DNA of 64,000 bases from Longimicrobiales bacterium (GTDB lineage Bacteria; Gemmatimonadota; Gemmatimonadetes; Longimicrobiales; Gaopeijiaceae), in the NCBI GenBank assembly GCA_965238005.1, contig OZ250165.1, positions 2,880,001-2,944,000 of the forward strand. Reading direction: 5' to 3'. The stretch's first letter is position 1; every line of letters begins with the position of its first letter. Under the pieces are notes generated by a model. That model saw only the letters and a list, made by a program, of their open reading frames with translations, did not search any database and had not been told where the DNA came from. Positions 50,673 through 61,194 of this stretch are shown here, in pieces. A program made the position numbers and the translations under genes.

Positions 50673-51964
50673 TCAACCTCCTGAATGTCCGCTGAATCGG
50701 AGTATTCGCTGCCCCCCAAAGTTACGCCAGCCGCGGGGGCCTCCGGAAGCCGAACCACGAAGCGGGCTCCCTCACCGGGCCTGTTCTCAACCTCGATCCT
50801 CCCACCCATCCCCGCCACCAGGCGCGCCGAGATGAAAAGACCGAGGCCGGTGCCTTTGCCCGGCTCCTTGGTAGTGTAGAACGGGTCGAAGACGTTGGCC
50901 ACGTCCGACTCGGGGAGTCCTGGTCCATTGTCCGACACGGCGATCACCACCACCCGCCGGGCGGTCTCCAGTGTCCCCAGCGCCTCCCCTTCCGAGTCCA
51001 GAGCCACCCTCCGCCGGTGCATGTAGTTGATGCCAGGGGGATCACCCTCACGGCGGCGGGGAAAGTGGGCCGCGGGGCCGTCTTCCGTCCACACCGCCAC
51101 CTCGATGGCCGGATCGTCGTGCCCTTCCAGCGCATCCAGTGAGTTCAGGAGAAGATTCACGAGCACCTGTTCCAGATCCTGATGTGCGATGAGCACCGGC
51201 GGGCACTTCTTATCGAGGCTCCAGCGGTCTTCGACCTTGGCGAGGTGGCCCTGATTCGTCAGGAGCTCCCTCACACTGTCCACGATCTCTATTACCTTGA
51301 TCGGGGCGACCTCGTCCGGCTTGGGTCGAGCGAAGTCCAGAAGCCCTCTCACGATTCCGTCGATGCGCTGGGCCTCCGACCGGATGGACAGGACAAGCTC
51401 CGGATCCTCGCCCGCGGCCTCGAGCCGTCGGACGGCCACATCCACGTACACGAAGATCGCCGCCAGCGGGTTTCCCACCTCATGGGCGATTCCGGCCGCG
51501 AGCGTCCCCACGGACGCGAGCCGCGCGGCCTGAATCACCTCGTTCCTCGCGTCCACGAGTTGGCGGTTGGTGTCGTCGAGCGACTCTACGTTGTCGGCCA
51601 GGGCCCGCTGGTCGGCGATGAGCCGGTCGGCCATGACGTTCACACCCTCTGCGATGCCCCTGAGCTCGAGCCCGCTGGGAAGCTCGAGTCGATGCCGGTA
51701 GTCCCCGTCCGTTATCCGCTTGACCCCCAGAACCAACGCCTGGACGGGCTCTAGGAGTCCCTTCTTGAGCATCCAACCGCCGAATGTGAGAAGGATCAAG
51801 AGGTCGACGACCACGATGACGAAGATGAAGACGGTGGCTTCGCCGGGGGACCGCATGAGAGGCAGCACCACACTGAGGGAGACACCCAACAGCAGGGTAA
51901 CGCCCCCGAAGAGAATCCCCAGGGAGGCGAGCAGCTCGCGGCGGAGGGGTGTAGGGGAACCCAT
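50669..51964 (-). CDS. Membrane sensor histidine kinase with HAMP domain
   Basis: 2 TM, HAMP, AHEVGNP, DNGPG, FDPFYTTK, GTGLGL. Confidence 0.93.
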   Translation of the reverse strand: MGSPTPLRRELLASLGILFGGVTLLLGVSLSVVLPLMRSPGEATVFIFVIVVVDLLILLTFGGWMLKKGLLEPVQALVLGVKRITDGDYRHRLELPSGLELRGIAEGVNVMADRLIADQRALADNVESLDDTNRQLVDARNEVIQAARLASVGTLAAGIAHEVGNPLAAIFVYVDVAVRRLEAAGEDPELVLSIRSEAQRIDGIVRGLLDFARPKPDEVAPIKVIEIVDSVRELLTNQGHLAKVEDRWSLDKKCPPVLIAHQDLEQVLVNLLLNSLDALEGHDDPAIEVAVWTEDGPAAHFPRRREGDPPGINYMHRRRVALDSEGEALGTLETARRVVVIAVSDNGPGLPESDVANVFDPFYTTKEPGKGTGLGLFISARLVAGMGGRIEVENRPGEGARFVVRLPEAPAAGVTLGGSEYSDSADIQEVE

Positions 51965-52078
51965 GGGCGTCGGGCCGGTGCAGAACGTGAGAGGCGCCGA
52001 AGACGGATGCTCCGGCGCTTTCAATGGACGCGGCTAAAGTGTGGAACAGCTGGACTCGCTGCAACAGCGAGAATCGCG

Positions 52079-52465
52079 CTATGGCGTACAACCCACGACG
52101 CCGACCGCGGTGGCAGGAGTTCCGTTCGCCGGCGTTGCGTTCCCGTGGTAGACACCGCACTGACCGCTCACTAGGCCGGAATGGACGGCCGTGGCGGCCC
52201 AGCCACCGCCGGAGGCTTCGTTGATGGAGAGTGTTAGGCCCTTGCTGGTCACGACCCCGAGAGCCGTGGGAGAGTTGCTGAAGGAATAGTTGCTGTTGTG
52301 GTAGATCTCTTGCTGAGTCGCCAGGTTCTTGAGGTCCGCCTTCATGGTGGCCAAGAAGGCCTTTTCACGCGTCGCCGAGAACTTGGGAATGGCGATGGTG
52401 GCCAGGATCCCGATGATCACGACGACGATGAGGAGCTCGATCAGCGTGAAGCCTCTCGTCCGCAT
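52079..52465 (-). CDS. Type IVa pilin, second copy
   Basis: RG|FTLIELLIVVVIIGILATIAIPKF; C-terminal Cys pair. Confidence 0.9.
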   Translation of the reverse strand: MRTRGFTLIELLIVVVIIGILATIAIPKFSATREKAFLATMKADLKNLATQQEIYHNSNYSFSNSPTALGVVTSKGLTLSINEASGGGWAATAVHSGLVSGQCGVYHGNATPANGTPATAVGVVGCTP

Positions 52466-52506
52466 TGTCCGTCTCCTGTCGTCTGTGTGATCAGGGCTCG
52501 ACCGAC

Positions 52507-52545
52507 AGAGAGCGTGGCCCGGGAAACGCCCGAACCACGCTCTCT
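52507..52545 (-). terminator. Long hairpin between the two pilin genes
   Basis: AGAGAGCGTGG/CCACGCTCTCT stem, extendable by G-U pairs on the minus strand; no strong U tract. Confidence 0.6.
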
Positions 52546-52583
52546 CTGGGCGCAAAGCTGCGTCCTAAGGTTAGCGGCCGGAG

Positions 52584-52982
52584 TTAATCCGTGCAGGCCA
52601 TCTCACCTTGGCTAGCCGGTGTTGCGGTACCCACGGTGGGTGCCGAACCGCCGTCGCCGTAGTAGATCGCGCAGCCCTCGGTCCCGGCGAGCGCAGCGTG
52701 CACTGCGGAGGCCGACCAACCATTGGTCGCAGCGGCCATCACGACCGTGACACCGTCGGATGAGACGAAGCCGAGAGACAACACAGTGGTCGTGTACTCG
52801 TACGTGTCGGAGTAGTAGATCTCCTGCTGACTGGCCAGGTTCTTCAGGTCGGACTTCATGGCCGCGAAGTAAGCCTTCTCACGCGTCGCCGAGAACTTCG
52901 GAATGGCGATGGCCGCCAGGATTCCGATGATCACGACCACGATGAGGAGCTCGATGAGGGTGAAACCCTTGTTGTCCCGCAT
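52584..52982 (-). CDS. pilA: Type IVa major pilin
   Basis: KG|FTLIELLIVVVIIGILAAIAIPKF; AGGAGA RBS, sigma54 promoter upstream, hairpin downstream. Confidence 0.9.
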   Translation of the reverse strand: MRDNKGFTLIELLIVVVIIGILAAIAIPKFSATREKAYFAAMKSDLKNLASQQEIYYSDTYEYTTTVLSLGFVSSDGVTVVMAAATNGWSASAVHAALAGTEGCAIYYGDGGSAPTVGTATPASQGEMACTD

Positions 52983-53042
52983 CTCAGACTCTCCTGCTGA
53001 TGGGTGGCACTAGCTATGGACGTTCAGAGGATGCTCTCTAAG

Positions 53043-53058
53043 TGCAAACCCGGGTCCA
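53043..53058 (-). promoter_or_regulatory. sigma54 -24/-12 promoter of pilA
   Basis: TGGACCCGGGTTTGCA (GG-N10-GC with TTGCA) 60 bp upstream of the start. Confidence 0.7.
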
Positions 53059-53147
53059 AAACGGGGGCACGACACATATTTGCATACCAGACAAGGTTTT
53101 ACAAGCCTTTTCTTTCCCTCGCTTGACCGGCCTGATCGGCCTCCGAT

Positions 53148-55034
53148 TCAGGGATTCTGCAAACCAGTTGCATTTTCAGTGTCCGTCAGAGTCGCCCGAA
53201 TACTGTCAATTTGGCTGATACTGACGGGGTTCACAGTCTTGGCCCGGGCGGTGTCCAGGGCCGTGAGGGCCCGGGCCGTATCGCCTGAGTACGCGTACGC
53301 CTGGCCCAGCCAGAGCCACTGCTGCCATTGATGGCCCTCGCCGGCTTCGATGGTCATGAGGCGGGCCGTCACCGACTCGTCCCATCGGCCCTCGGCGGCC
53401 AGGGACTGGGCGAGGAGGTGGTTGGACACCGCGTCACTGCCACCGTAGGCGGTCGATGCGGCTCCAGCCGCCTCGATGGCGGCCTCGAAGTCCCCCTCGC
53501 GATGATAGATGACAGCCAAAGCCTGGGGGGCAGGACCCATCTCGGGGAAGTCCGACCAGGCCCGCTCGAACAGGGCCTTCGCCGCCTCAGTCTTTCCGCT
53601 GATCTGGAGTTTCCGCCCCACTTCCACCAGAAGGGGGTAGCTCCCGTCCAGCAGGCTGATGGCGATACGGTACGCCTTGAACGAAGCGCTACGGTCGATG
53701 GGGTACTGGACGTCCCCCAAGAGCCACTGGGCCCGCCCGGCCTCCGGGTGCTCCCTGAGCAGAGTGTCGAACACGCTGACGTTGTTCCTCCACGTGGCGT
53801 TCCGGACGAAGGTCCGCACCGACATGAGGGACAGTATGACTACCAAGGCACCCACCGCGAAGCGCCGACGCCCGTCGTGGAGCTCGAGCCCCATCCATGC
53901 CAACGCCGCTACGAACCCCACCGACGGCAGATAGAACGTCCGCTCCGCCAGCAGCACCCCGGACAGGAACAGGACGTTGGAGATGGGGGACAGGGTGATG
54001 ACCACCCACATGACCCCGAACGACAAGACACGACTGACACGTACGTCCGGACCCATCTCGCCGCGCCCCCAAAGCCGGAGCGCCAAGCCCAGCGTCGTCA
54101 GCACCAGAGCGACCCCCAGAAGGCCGCTGGCGCTCCACCCCAGGGCGATGGGGATCACGGCCGGTGAATAGTCGACGCTCAGGTCCAGGGGGAAGAACAT
54201 GAGGCGGAAGTAGTGGGGCCAGGTCGAAGCCACGGTCCAGATCCGGGGAACCGACTCGGCCAGCAGATCTGCGCCGAGAGGGGCCAGGGGATCGGCAATG
54301 CTGCCCAAAACGGCCTGACGGCCGGCCAGGACGGCCCCGGCCACGACCACCAGGCTTCCGTAGATCGCCCACCGGCGACGCAGATAGGCGAGGGCACTCC
54401 CAACGCTCGAGTTCTCGCGCGCGCCGTCCAGCAGGAACAGCACCCCGGGCAACGTGACCGCGCTCTCCTTGGTCAGAAATGCCATCGCGAAGAGCACCAC
54501 GATGGCTGCGCCCGGCAGGAAGCCGAGGTCGTCCCTCCGGCGCGTGAAGATGAGGCACGCGCCCAGATAGAGCACCGAAGAGAGCACCTCGGCCAACCCC
54601 ACCACATTGGCCACCGCCTCGACGTGTACCGGATGGACGGCAAACAAGAGCCCCGCCGCGAACGCGAGAGCCAGCGGAGCGAGCTCGGCGAGTAGGAGCA
54701 CTACCAGAGCCGTGACGGTTCCGTGGAGCAGCACGTTCAACGCATGGAACGCCGCAGGGTTTTCACCCCAAAGTGCCCACTGGAGACCGAAGAGCCCGGT
54801 GGTTGCGGGTCGCCACAATCCCAGATCCCGTCCGAACTCGCCCGGCCAGTAGGGCGAGACCATGGCCTCTGGGAGCGTGCTCAGATCCTGGACCAGCTCG
54901 CTGTCGATGATGATGAGCCGATCGTCGTAGGCGAAGTCGTTCAGGACGCTGTTCGCCGAGAGGAGTACGGCGGCGGCCGCCGAGAGGAACGCGGCCGATC
55001 GAACGGAGCGGAAGGGGGAGCGCCACACCTGCAT
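53148..55034 (-). CDS. TMTC-like GT-C membrane glycosyltransferase with C-terminal TPRs
   Basis: FAYDD, WRP, HPVHVEAVANVVG, TKE, AERTFYLPS, RNATW, TPR tail. Confidence 0.85.
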   Translation of the reverse strand: MQVWRSPFRSVRSAAFLSAAAAVLLSANSVLNDFAYDDRLIIIDSELVQDLSTLPEAMVSPYWPGEFGRDLGLWRPATTGLFGLQWALWGENPAAFHALNVLLHGTVTALVVLLLAELAPLALAFAAGLLFAVHPVHVEAVANVVGLAEVLSSVLYLGACLIFTRRRDDLGFLPGAAIVVLFAMAFLTKESAVTLPGVLFLLDGARENSSVGSALAYLRRRWAIYGSLVVVAGAVLAGRQAVLGSIADPLAPLGADLLAESVPRIWTVASTWPHYFRLMFFPLDLSVDYSPAVIPIALGWSASGLLGVALVLTTLGLALRLWGRGEMGPDVRVSRVLSFGVMWVVITLSPISNVLFLSGVLLAERTFYLPSVGFVAALAWMGLELHDGRRRFAVGALVVILSLMSVRTFVRNATWRNNVSVFDTLLREHPEAGRAQWLLGDVQYPIDRSASFKAYRIAISLLDGSYPLLVEVGRKLQISGKTEAAKALFERAWSDFPEMGPAPQALAVIYHREGDFEAAIEAAGAASTAYGGSDAVSNHLLAQSLAAEGRWDESVTARLMTIEAGEGHQWQQWLWLGQAYAYSGDTARALTALDTARAKTVNPVSISQIDSIRATLTDTENATGLQNP

Positions 55035-56860
55035 CAGCGGGGGTCCCCTACGGGCGACGCCGGCTCCCGAGGCGGATCGGCCGCGCCGGCCTCCAGGCTG
55101 TGAGCCCGCTCCGCCGCCGCCGCGGCCTCCTCCGTGCGGCCCGCCAGCTCCATGAGCTGCGCCATGCGCCTCCACGCCTCCACAGTGGGCGGAGCCGCCC
55201 CGAACGCTGCCCAGCGCGCTCGGACGGCCGCCTCGAAATCACCCTTGGCCACGTAGCTCTCGGAGACGAGGGTCCACAGATCCCGGTTCGATCCGACCAC
55301 GGCCAGGCCCTGGAGGGCGATCCCGTGGCCCTCCCGGCCCAGACCCTGGAGGAGCTTGTGCTCCGAGAGGACCTGCCAGGCCACCGGCTGGGTGGGAAGC
55401 AGATCGATGGCGCGGGTGAGCAGCTGCTCGGCGTCCCCCCATCGGTCGTGGCGCCCATGGAAGCGCGCCGCCTCGATGAGGAGGTTGTACTCACCGGGGA
55501 CGAGCTCCACCGCCACCTCGTAGTGGCGCGACGCCTCCTCGACTTCTCCGACCTCGTCCAGACCACGGGCTCTCGTTCGTATGGCCAGGAAGGACTCGGG
55601 GTGCTCTTCGGTGAGCGTGCTCAACATGGCGTAGGTGCTCATCCACGAAGGGTTCCTCAGGACCGTGCGTCCCATGAAGGCGGTGCCGACCACGCTCACG
55701 GCGATCAGCAACATGCGAAGCGACCGTGGCCTCTCCCGGGCCGTCCACCTCACCACGCCAGCCACCATGAAGGCGAATCCCACGGAGGGGAGGTACAGTG
55801 TCCGCTCCGCCAGGAGGATCCCGGTAGGGACGAGGAGGTTGGTGACGGGAAGGATGGTCACCGCGAACCAGCACAGCCCCAACGTGACGAGCGGCTCCCT
55901 CGACCACAGCCACACGGCCGTGGCCACCCCGCCCGTGATCATGACGATCCCCAGCACGACGTCCGGTCCCCAGCTCCTTGCCGGGAAGAGGACAGCCGGC
56001 CCGTAGTCTGCAGCGAGATCGAGGGGAAAGAAGAGGAGCCTGAAGTAGTGTGGCCAGACGGACAGGGACGTGAGGATTCTTTCCCCGGGCGAGAGGCCTG
56101 TCAGGTACGCCGCAGGATACTCTCCGGCGATGGATCCGAGCACCAGCGACCTGGAGCCCAGGAACGCCGCAAGCAGTGCTCCGGTCAGCAGGAAGATGGG
56201 GACGTCTGACAGCACGCGCGTAAGGGGGGGACCCTCGTCATCCTCCCGCAACACGGCGAGGAGTACGAGAACGGCGGGCAGGGTGGCTGCCATCTCCTTC
56301 GAGCCGAGGCCCAACGCGAAGGGGACCCCCACGGCAAGGAGCCGGCCGATCCGGGCGAGAGGCGACGCGTTTTCGTTGTGTGTGAACACCAGGCACGCCC
56401 CGATCACGAAGAGGGCGGCGTAGAGCTCGGCCCGGCCCACCACGTTGGCCACGGCCTCCGTGTGGACGGGGTGGAGCGCGAACAACATTCCACCGACGAG
56501 AGCGGGAAGAGGCGCCGACAGCACCAGGAGGAGAAGAAAGACCAGGACCGAGACCGCGGCGTGGGCCGCCACGTTGACCGCATGGAAGCCCGCCGGGTGA
56601 CCATTCCAGAGCGTCCACTCGGTCGCGTAGCTGGCCGAGGTGACCGGCCGGTAGAGCCCGATTCCGTCCACTATGTCGGGCCAATAGGGGGAGGTCAGGG
56701 CGTCTCTGACCCGCCCCTCCGTGATAACCGTATTGCCGCGGATGACCGTGTTGTCATCGTATGCGAAGCCGTTGGACAGCGAGTTTCCGTAGGCGGCCAC
56801 AGCCGCGATGAGAACCAGGATCGCCGCCCTCTTCGGCGGGATGCTTCCGGTCCGGTTCAC
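55034..56860 (-). CDS. TMTC-like GT-C membrane glycosyltransferase with C-terminal TPRs
   Basis: FAYDD, YRP, HPVHTEAVANVVGRAE, SKE, AERTLYLPS, RNPSW, TPR tail. Confidence 0.87.
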   Translation of the reverse strand: MNRTGSIPPKRAAILVLIAAVAAYGNSLSNGFAYDDNTVIRGNTVITEGRVRDALTSPYWPDIVDGIGLYRPVTSASYATEWTLWNGHPAGFHAVNVAAHAAVSVLVFLLLLVLSAPLPALVGGMLFALHPVHTEAVANVVGRAELYAALFVIGACLVFTHNENASPLARIGRLLAVGVPFALGLGSKEMAATLPAVLVLLAVLREDDEGPPLTRVLSDVPIFLLTGALLAAFLGSRSLVLGSIAGEYPAAYLTGLSPGERILTSLSVWPHYFRLLFFPLDLAADYGPAVLFPARSWGPDVVLGIVMITGGVATAVWLWSREPLVTLGLCWFAVTILPVTNLLVPTGILLAERTLYLPSVGFAFMVAGVVRWTARERPRSLRMLLIAVSVVGTAFMGRTVLRNPSWMSTYAMLSTLTEEHPESFLAIRTRARGLDEVGEVEEASRHYEVAVELVPGEYNLLIEAARFHGRHDRWGDAEQLLTRAIDLLPTQPVAWQVLSEHKLLQGLGREGHGIALQGLAVVGSNRDLWTLVSESYVAKGDFEAAVRARWAAFGAAPPTVEAWRRMAQLMELAGRTEEAAAAAERAHSLEAGAADPPREPASPVGDPR

Positions 56861-56878
56861 GGAGACGCGGAACCCCTC

Positions 56879-57814
56879 TCAGCCCTGATCGGGGGCCCGG
56901 GACTCATGCCCAGCGGGTGCATCATTTCGGCCGGTGAGGGCATCGGCCTCGGCGGCCGAGGAGGTGTCTTGACGGGCTCCCGGTACCAGCGCCGGGCGCC
57001 TCGCTTCCGTCAGGGCCCTGCCCTCCCAGGGTTGGACCTTGGGCGGCTGCCAGGACTCCACTCCGGGTCTCAGGAGATTGGAGCGCAGGATGTAGTAGAG
57101 GGCGGCCACGCCGTCCTTCCAGTTGATCTTCTTCCCCTCGGCGTACGACCGGCCGTCATAGCTGATGGGCATCTCGTGGATCCTCGCCTGGGCCTGGGCG
57201 AGACGGGCCGTCACCTCGGGCTCGAATCCGAAGCGGTTGGCACTCAGGGGCAGGCGCTTCAGCAGATCCGCGTGCACGACCTTGTAGCACGTCTCCATGT
57301 CCGTGAGGTTGAGGTCGGTGAACATGTTGCTGAGCAGGGTCAGGAAGCGATTCCCCATCATGTGCCAGAAGAAGAGCACCCGATGGGGTCCGCCCAGGAA
57401 GCGTGAGCCGTACACGGCGTCGGCCTTCCCTGCCAGGATCGGCTCCATGAGCAAGGGGAGCTCATGAGGGTCGTACTCCAGGTCCGCGTCCTGGATTGCG
57501 ATGATGTCGCCCGTGGCCCGCTCGAATCCGGCCCTCAACGCCGCGCCCTTCCCCTGGTTCACCTCCTGGAATACCAGGATGTCGATGAGACCCGCTGCCT
57601 TCAGCTCCTGGAGTAGATCGCGGGTACCGTCGGTGGATCCGTCGTCGACCACGATGACTTCGAGCTCCAGGCGCACCTCGCGAACACGCCGAAGCAGCTT
57701 CTCTACCGTGTTGATCTCGTTGTACGCGGGAATGACGACCGAAAGCTTCACGCGTTCCCAGGCGAGGTCATCGTGCCTCTTCTGGTCGATCTCGCGGAAT
57801 CGGAGCATGCTCAT
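56879..57814 (-). CDS. GT2 glycosyltransferase, polyprenol-phosphate sugar synthase (DPM1-like)
   Basis: [50 protein letters not shown]. Confidence 0.92.
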   Translation of the reverse strand: MSMLRFREIDQKRHDDLAWERVKLSVVIPAYNEINTVEKLLRRVREVRLELEVIVVDDGSTDGTRDLLQELKAAGLIDILVFQEVNQGKGAALRAGFERATGDIIAIQDADLEYDPHELPLLMEPILAGKADAVYGSRFLGGPHRVLFFWHMMGNRFLTLLSNMFTDLNLTDMETCYKVVHADLLKRLPLSANRFGFEPEVTARLAQAQARIHEMPISYDGRSYAEGKKINWKDGVAALYYILRSNLLRPGVESWQPPKVQPWEGRALTEARRPALVPGARQDTSSAAEADALTGRNDAPAGHESRAPDQG

Positions 57815-57902
57815 GCCGATTGAGTCCTTGGTGGTTGCGTGCCCCTGCGAGGCACCAGGGTGCGTGTGCGACGGGCCGCCTTCAGGTGGCGGCCCTCCGA
57901 CG

Positions 57903-59264
57903 TCAGACGTCGATTCCGTATCGGTTCAGCTTGCGATACAGGGTCGAGGGGTCGATGCCCAGGACTTCCGCCGCTCTCGTCTTGTTGCCGCCCTCGGCCA
58001 CCAGCACCCAGTGGATGTAGGCCCGCTCGATGACCTCCATGGACGGATTGGGGGGCAATTGATCACTCACCAGGGGTGGAGCGTGCTCCATCCGAACCCG
58101 CTCCGGCAGGTGAGAGGGCCCAATGGGTGCGCCCGCAGCCACCACGGCCGCCCGCTCCAGCGCGTTCTCCAGCTCCCGGACGTTTCCCGGCCAGTCGTAT
58201 GCGCACAAGACCTCCAAGGCATCCTCCCCCAAGCTCTTGTCCCCGTCTTCGCCCACCAACCTACCCAGGAAGTGGTGGGCGAGGAGAGGAATGTCTTCTC
58301 GCCGCTCACGCAGCGGAGGGAGGTGAAGGGCGATGACGTTCAGCCGGTAGTAGAGGTCACTCCGGAACGTCCCTCTACGGATCTCCTCGTTGAGATCCCG
58401 GTTCGTTGCTGCCATGATCCTGACGTCGATGGAGACCGCCTCCGTAGATCCCACCGGGATGACCTCGCGCTCCTGGAGGGCGCGCAGCAGCCTCACCTGG
58501 GTCGCCGGGGACATCTCGCCGATCTCGTCCAGGAAGAGGGTGCCGCCGGCGGCGGCCTCCAAGAGCCCCATCTTGTCCTTCACGGCCCCTGTGAACGAAC
58601 CTTTGGTGTGCCCGAAGAGCTCGCTCTCCAGGAGACCCTCGGGAAGGGCTCCACAGTTCAGCGAGAAAAAGGACGCGTCCGCCCTCTCGCTCAGACTGTG
58701 CATGTAGCGGGCGATCACCTCCTTGCCCGAGCCACTCTCACCGCTGATGAGGACGGTGGACTGGGTCGGCGCCACGGTCTCTCCGAGCTTCAGCACCTCC
58801 ACGAACGTACGGCTCTTCCCGATCGGCCTGCTGCTGGGCGCCGTCGACCGCCTTCGGATCTCCTTCTTGAGGGCCTTGTTCTCGACACGCAGCTGTCTGG
58901 ACTCTGCGGCACGCCGACAGATGGCAAGTAGCTCGTCGTTGGCGAACGGCTTCTGCAGGTAGTAGTAGGCCCCCTCGTTTACGGCTCGGACGGCGGATTG
59001 GAGGGACGCCTGAGCCGTCATCAGGATGACCGCCATCTCCGGATCGACCTCGTGGGCCTTGGCCATGACCTCTAGGCCCGAGGTCCCGGGCATGCGAATG
59101 TCGGTGAGCACGATATCGGGCGTCTGCTCGGGCAGAGCCTCCAGGGCCTCACGCCCGCTCAGGGACGACACCACGTCGTAGCCCTCGCCGCTGAAGAGAA
59201 TGCGCAGCGTGTCGAGGATGCCGGTCTCGTCGTCGACCAGCAGAATCTTGGTGGCCCTGCTCAT
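57903..59264 (-). CDS. pilR: sigma54-dependent response regulator PilR-like
   Basis: [20 protein letters not shown]; follows a PilS-like kinase in a pilin locus. Confidence 0.85.
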   Translation of the reverse strand: MSRATKILLVDDETGILDTLRILFSGEGYDVVSSLSGREALEALPEQTPDIVLTDIRMPGTSGLEVMAKAHEVDPEMAVILMTAQASLQSAVRAVNEGAYYYLQKPFANDELLAICRRAAESRQLRVENKALKKEIRRRSTAPSSRPIGKSRTFVEVLKLGETVAPTQSTVLISGESGSGKEVIARYMHSLSERADASFFSLNCGALPEGLLESELFGHTKGSFTGAVKDKMGLLEAAAGGTLFLDEIGEMSPATQVRLLRALQEREVIPVGSTEAVSIDVRIMAATNRDLNEEIRRGTFRSDLYYRLNVIALHLPPLRERREDIPLLAHHFLGRLVGEDGDKSLGEDALEVLCAYDWPGNVRELENALERAAVVAAGAPIGPSHLPERVRMEHAPPLVSDQLPPNPSMEVIERAYIHWVLVAEGGNKTRAAEVLGIDPSTLYRKLNRYGIDV

Positions 59265-60973
59265 GATACTGCACTCTCCATCGGCACGGCCGCGGTATGC
59301 GCGCCCGGCAGGTAGACGGAAAAGTGGGCTCCTCCATCCGGCGCATCCTCTACGAAGAGCGCCCCGTCGTGTGCCTTCACCGCCCGATGGACCACTGCCA
59401 ACCCCAACCCGCTCCCCCCATCCCGGGTGGTGAAGAACGGATCGAAGATCCGTCCCAGATCCTCGGCTCGAATCCCCGGCCCCGAATCCTGGACACTAAG
59501 GCGCACAGGGCTCACGACGCTGGTGCCGTGGGGCTCGCCCGGACCCGAGTAATCCTGCAGTGAGACCCGAACGCGGCCGTCCGGGCCGCTGAACTGGACC
59601 GCATTCAGGATGAGATTGAAGACCAACCGGTGGAGGAGATCCGAGTCCCCCGGGAGAATCAGGGGCCCGTCGACCCCCTCGCTCTCGATGACTCCCCCGG
59701 CCTCGGCGTCCGGATGCTGCTTGACCAGCACGATGGCATCTCGAACCACACGTGCGAAGTCCACGCCCGCCTCGGCGTTGATCTGCATTCCCGAGAACTC
59801 GAGGAACTCGCTGAGCAACCGGCTCAGACGATCCGACTCGGAGAGCACCAACCGTTGGAGCAGCGACCGGTCATCACCGGCGAGAGAGGTGTTGTCCAGC
59901 TGCTCCACGGCGCTGCGGATCGACGCTAGCGGGTTCTTGATCTCGTGCGCCAGAGAAGCGCTGAGCTCCGCCACGGCTTCCAGGCGCTCGTGTTGGCGGT
60001 TCAGGAGCTCGACCCGCTCGAGGTCGGTGATGTCCTGAAAGATGGCAGTCACCGACGGCTCCTCCCCTTCCCCACCTTCGAGGACGGTGGTGCTGATCCC
60101 CAGAGTGATCTCCCCACCTGCCCTTTGCTTCGCCAGCGTCTTGACCCGGAACACCGGCCTGCGCCGCTCCACCGTGCTTCGCAGGGCCAGAGCGAGTCCC
60201 GGTGCCACTTCGTCGACGGCGTCCAGGATGGAAGATCCCTCCCACTGTACCAGCCGCAAACCCAGAAGCTTCTCGGCGGCTGGGTTCAGGTAGGCCAGGC
60301 GCCCTCCCTCGACGATGGTGAGAACACCCGTGGAAATGTTGGCGAGGATATCTCCCTTGTCGAGACGAAGGCGGGCGAGCTCCGTCTGTACCGCACCCAG
60401 AGCAAGGCCGGTCCGACGGACCCGGTCACCCAGCCAGCCCGTGATGAGCGCCACACCGGCGAAGAGGCCGATCTGAAGGCTGACGGCTCCCGAGAGCGGG
60501 ACGCCCGGATGACCCCAGACCAGATCGGCGAAGTAGACGATGGCCGCCAGCGCCCCTATGAGCACACCTCCCGGAAGGGGGAGGAGGAGCGCCCCCTCGG
60601 TGATCACGAGAATATAGAGGGGCGCGAACACGACTTCCTCACTCAACGTGGTGATGTGGATGATCGTGGTCACGAGAGCCACGTCGAGGACGACGTGCGC
60701 GTAGAGGAAGTTGTGGCCGACCTGACGTCCACGGAAATGGGTGTGCCAGGCGGAGCCGAGCGTCACGGCCAAGGCGGTGAGGAACATCAGAGTCGCGATA
60801 CGGCTCGCCTCGGGGGGCGCGGACTCCCACGCCACGAGGATCCCCACCAAGATACCAGCGGCGAGGGTCATGCGACCCACGTACAGCCACCGGAGAAGCT
60901 CGCTTATTCCGAACTCCGCTCGGGGCGATGCTTCCTGTGTCAGGCTGGCCTCCAGTCCGAGGAATCGCCCCAC
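59261..60973 (-). CDS. pilS: Sensor histidine kinase PilS-like
   Basis: About 6-TM N-terminus, PAS, AHEIKNPLAS, GSGLGL. Confidence 0.85.
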   Translation of the reverse strand: MGRFLGLEASLTQEASPRAEFGISELLRWLYVGRMTLAAGILVGILVAWESAPPEASRIATLMFLTALAVTLGSAWHTHFRGRQVGHNFLYAHVVLDVALVTTIIHITTLSEEVVFAPLYILVITEGALLLPLPGGVLIGALAAIVYFADLVWGHPGVPLSGAVSLQIGLFAGVALITGWLGDRVRRTGLALGAVQTELARLRLDKGDILANISTGVLTIVEGGRLAYLNPAAEKLLGLRLVQWEGSSILDAVDEVAPGLALALRSTVERRRPVFRVKTLAKQRAGGEITLGISTTVLEGGEGEEPSVTAIFQDITDLERVELLNRQHERLEAVAELSASLAHEIKNPLASIRSAVEQLDNTSLAGDDRSLLQRLVLSESDRLSRLLSEFLEFSGMQINAEAGVDFARVVRDAIVLVKQHPDAEAGGVIESEGVDGPLILPGDSDLLHRLVFNLILNAVQFSGPDGRVRVSLQDYSGPGEPHGTSVVSPVRLSVQDSGPGIRAEDLGRIFDPFFTTRDGGSGLGLAVVHRAVKAHDGALFVEDAPDGGAHFSVYLPGAHTAAVPMESAVS

Positions 60974-61194
60974 TGAGGAGTCGCGGAGCCGCTATCCCAC
61001 GGTACCACCGGCTATCGCAGAGTGCAATGCTCCGGATTTGGCATTTTGCGAGAAAGCCTTCTTCCGGTGGACGCTATGATTGGAGCCCTCTGATCGCGGG
61101 GCTCGGGCTGGAAGGTGTCGACGCGTTCAGACCTCACATCCAAAGGATCGACGGTGGGGGCGCATAGTTGAGCCCAGACCGTATATTGCCCGCT

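Noticed and set aside
52546..52586. GCGCAAAGC..CCTAA..TAGCGG, riboswitch-like
   Set aside because: Wrong strand and no P1 stem
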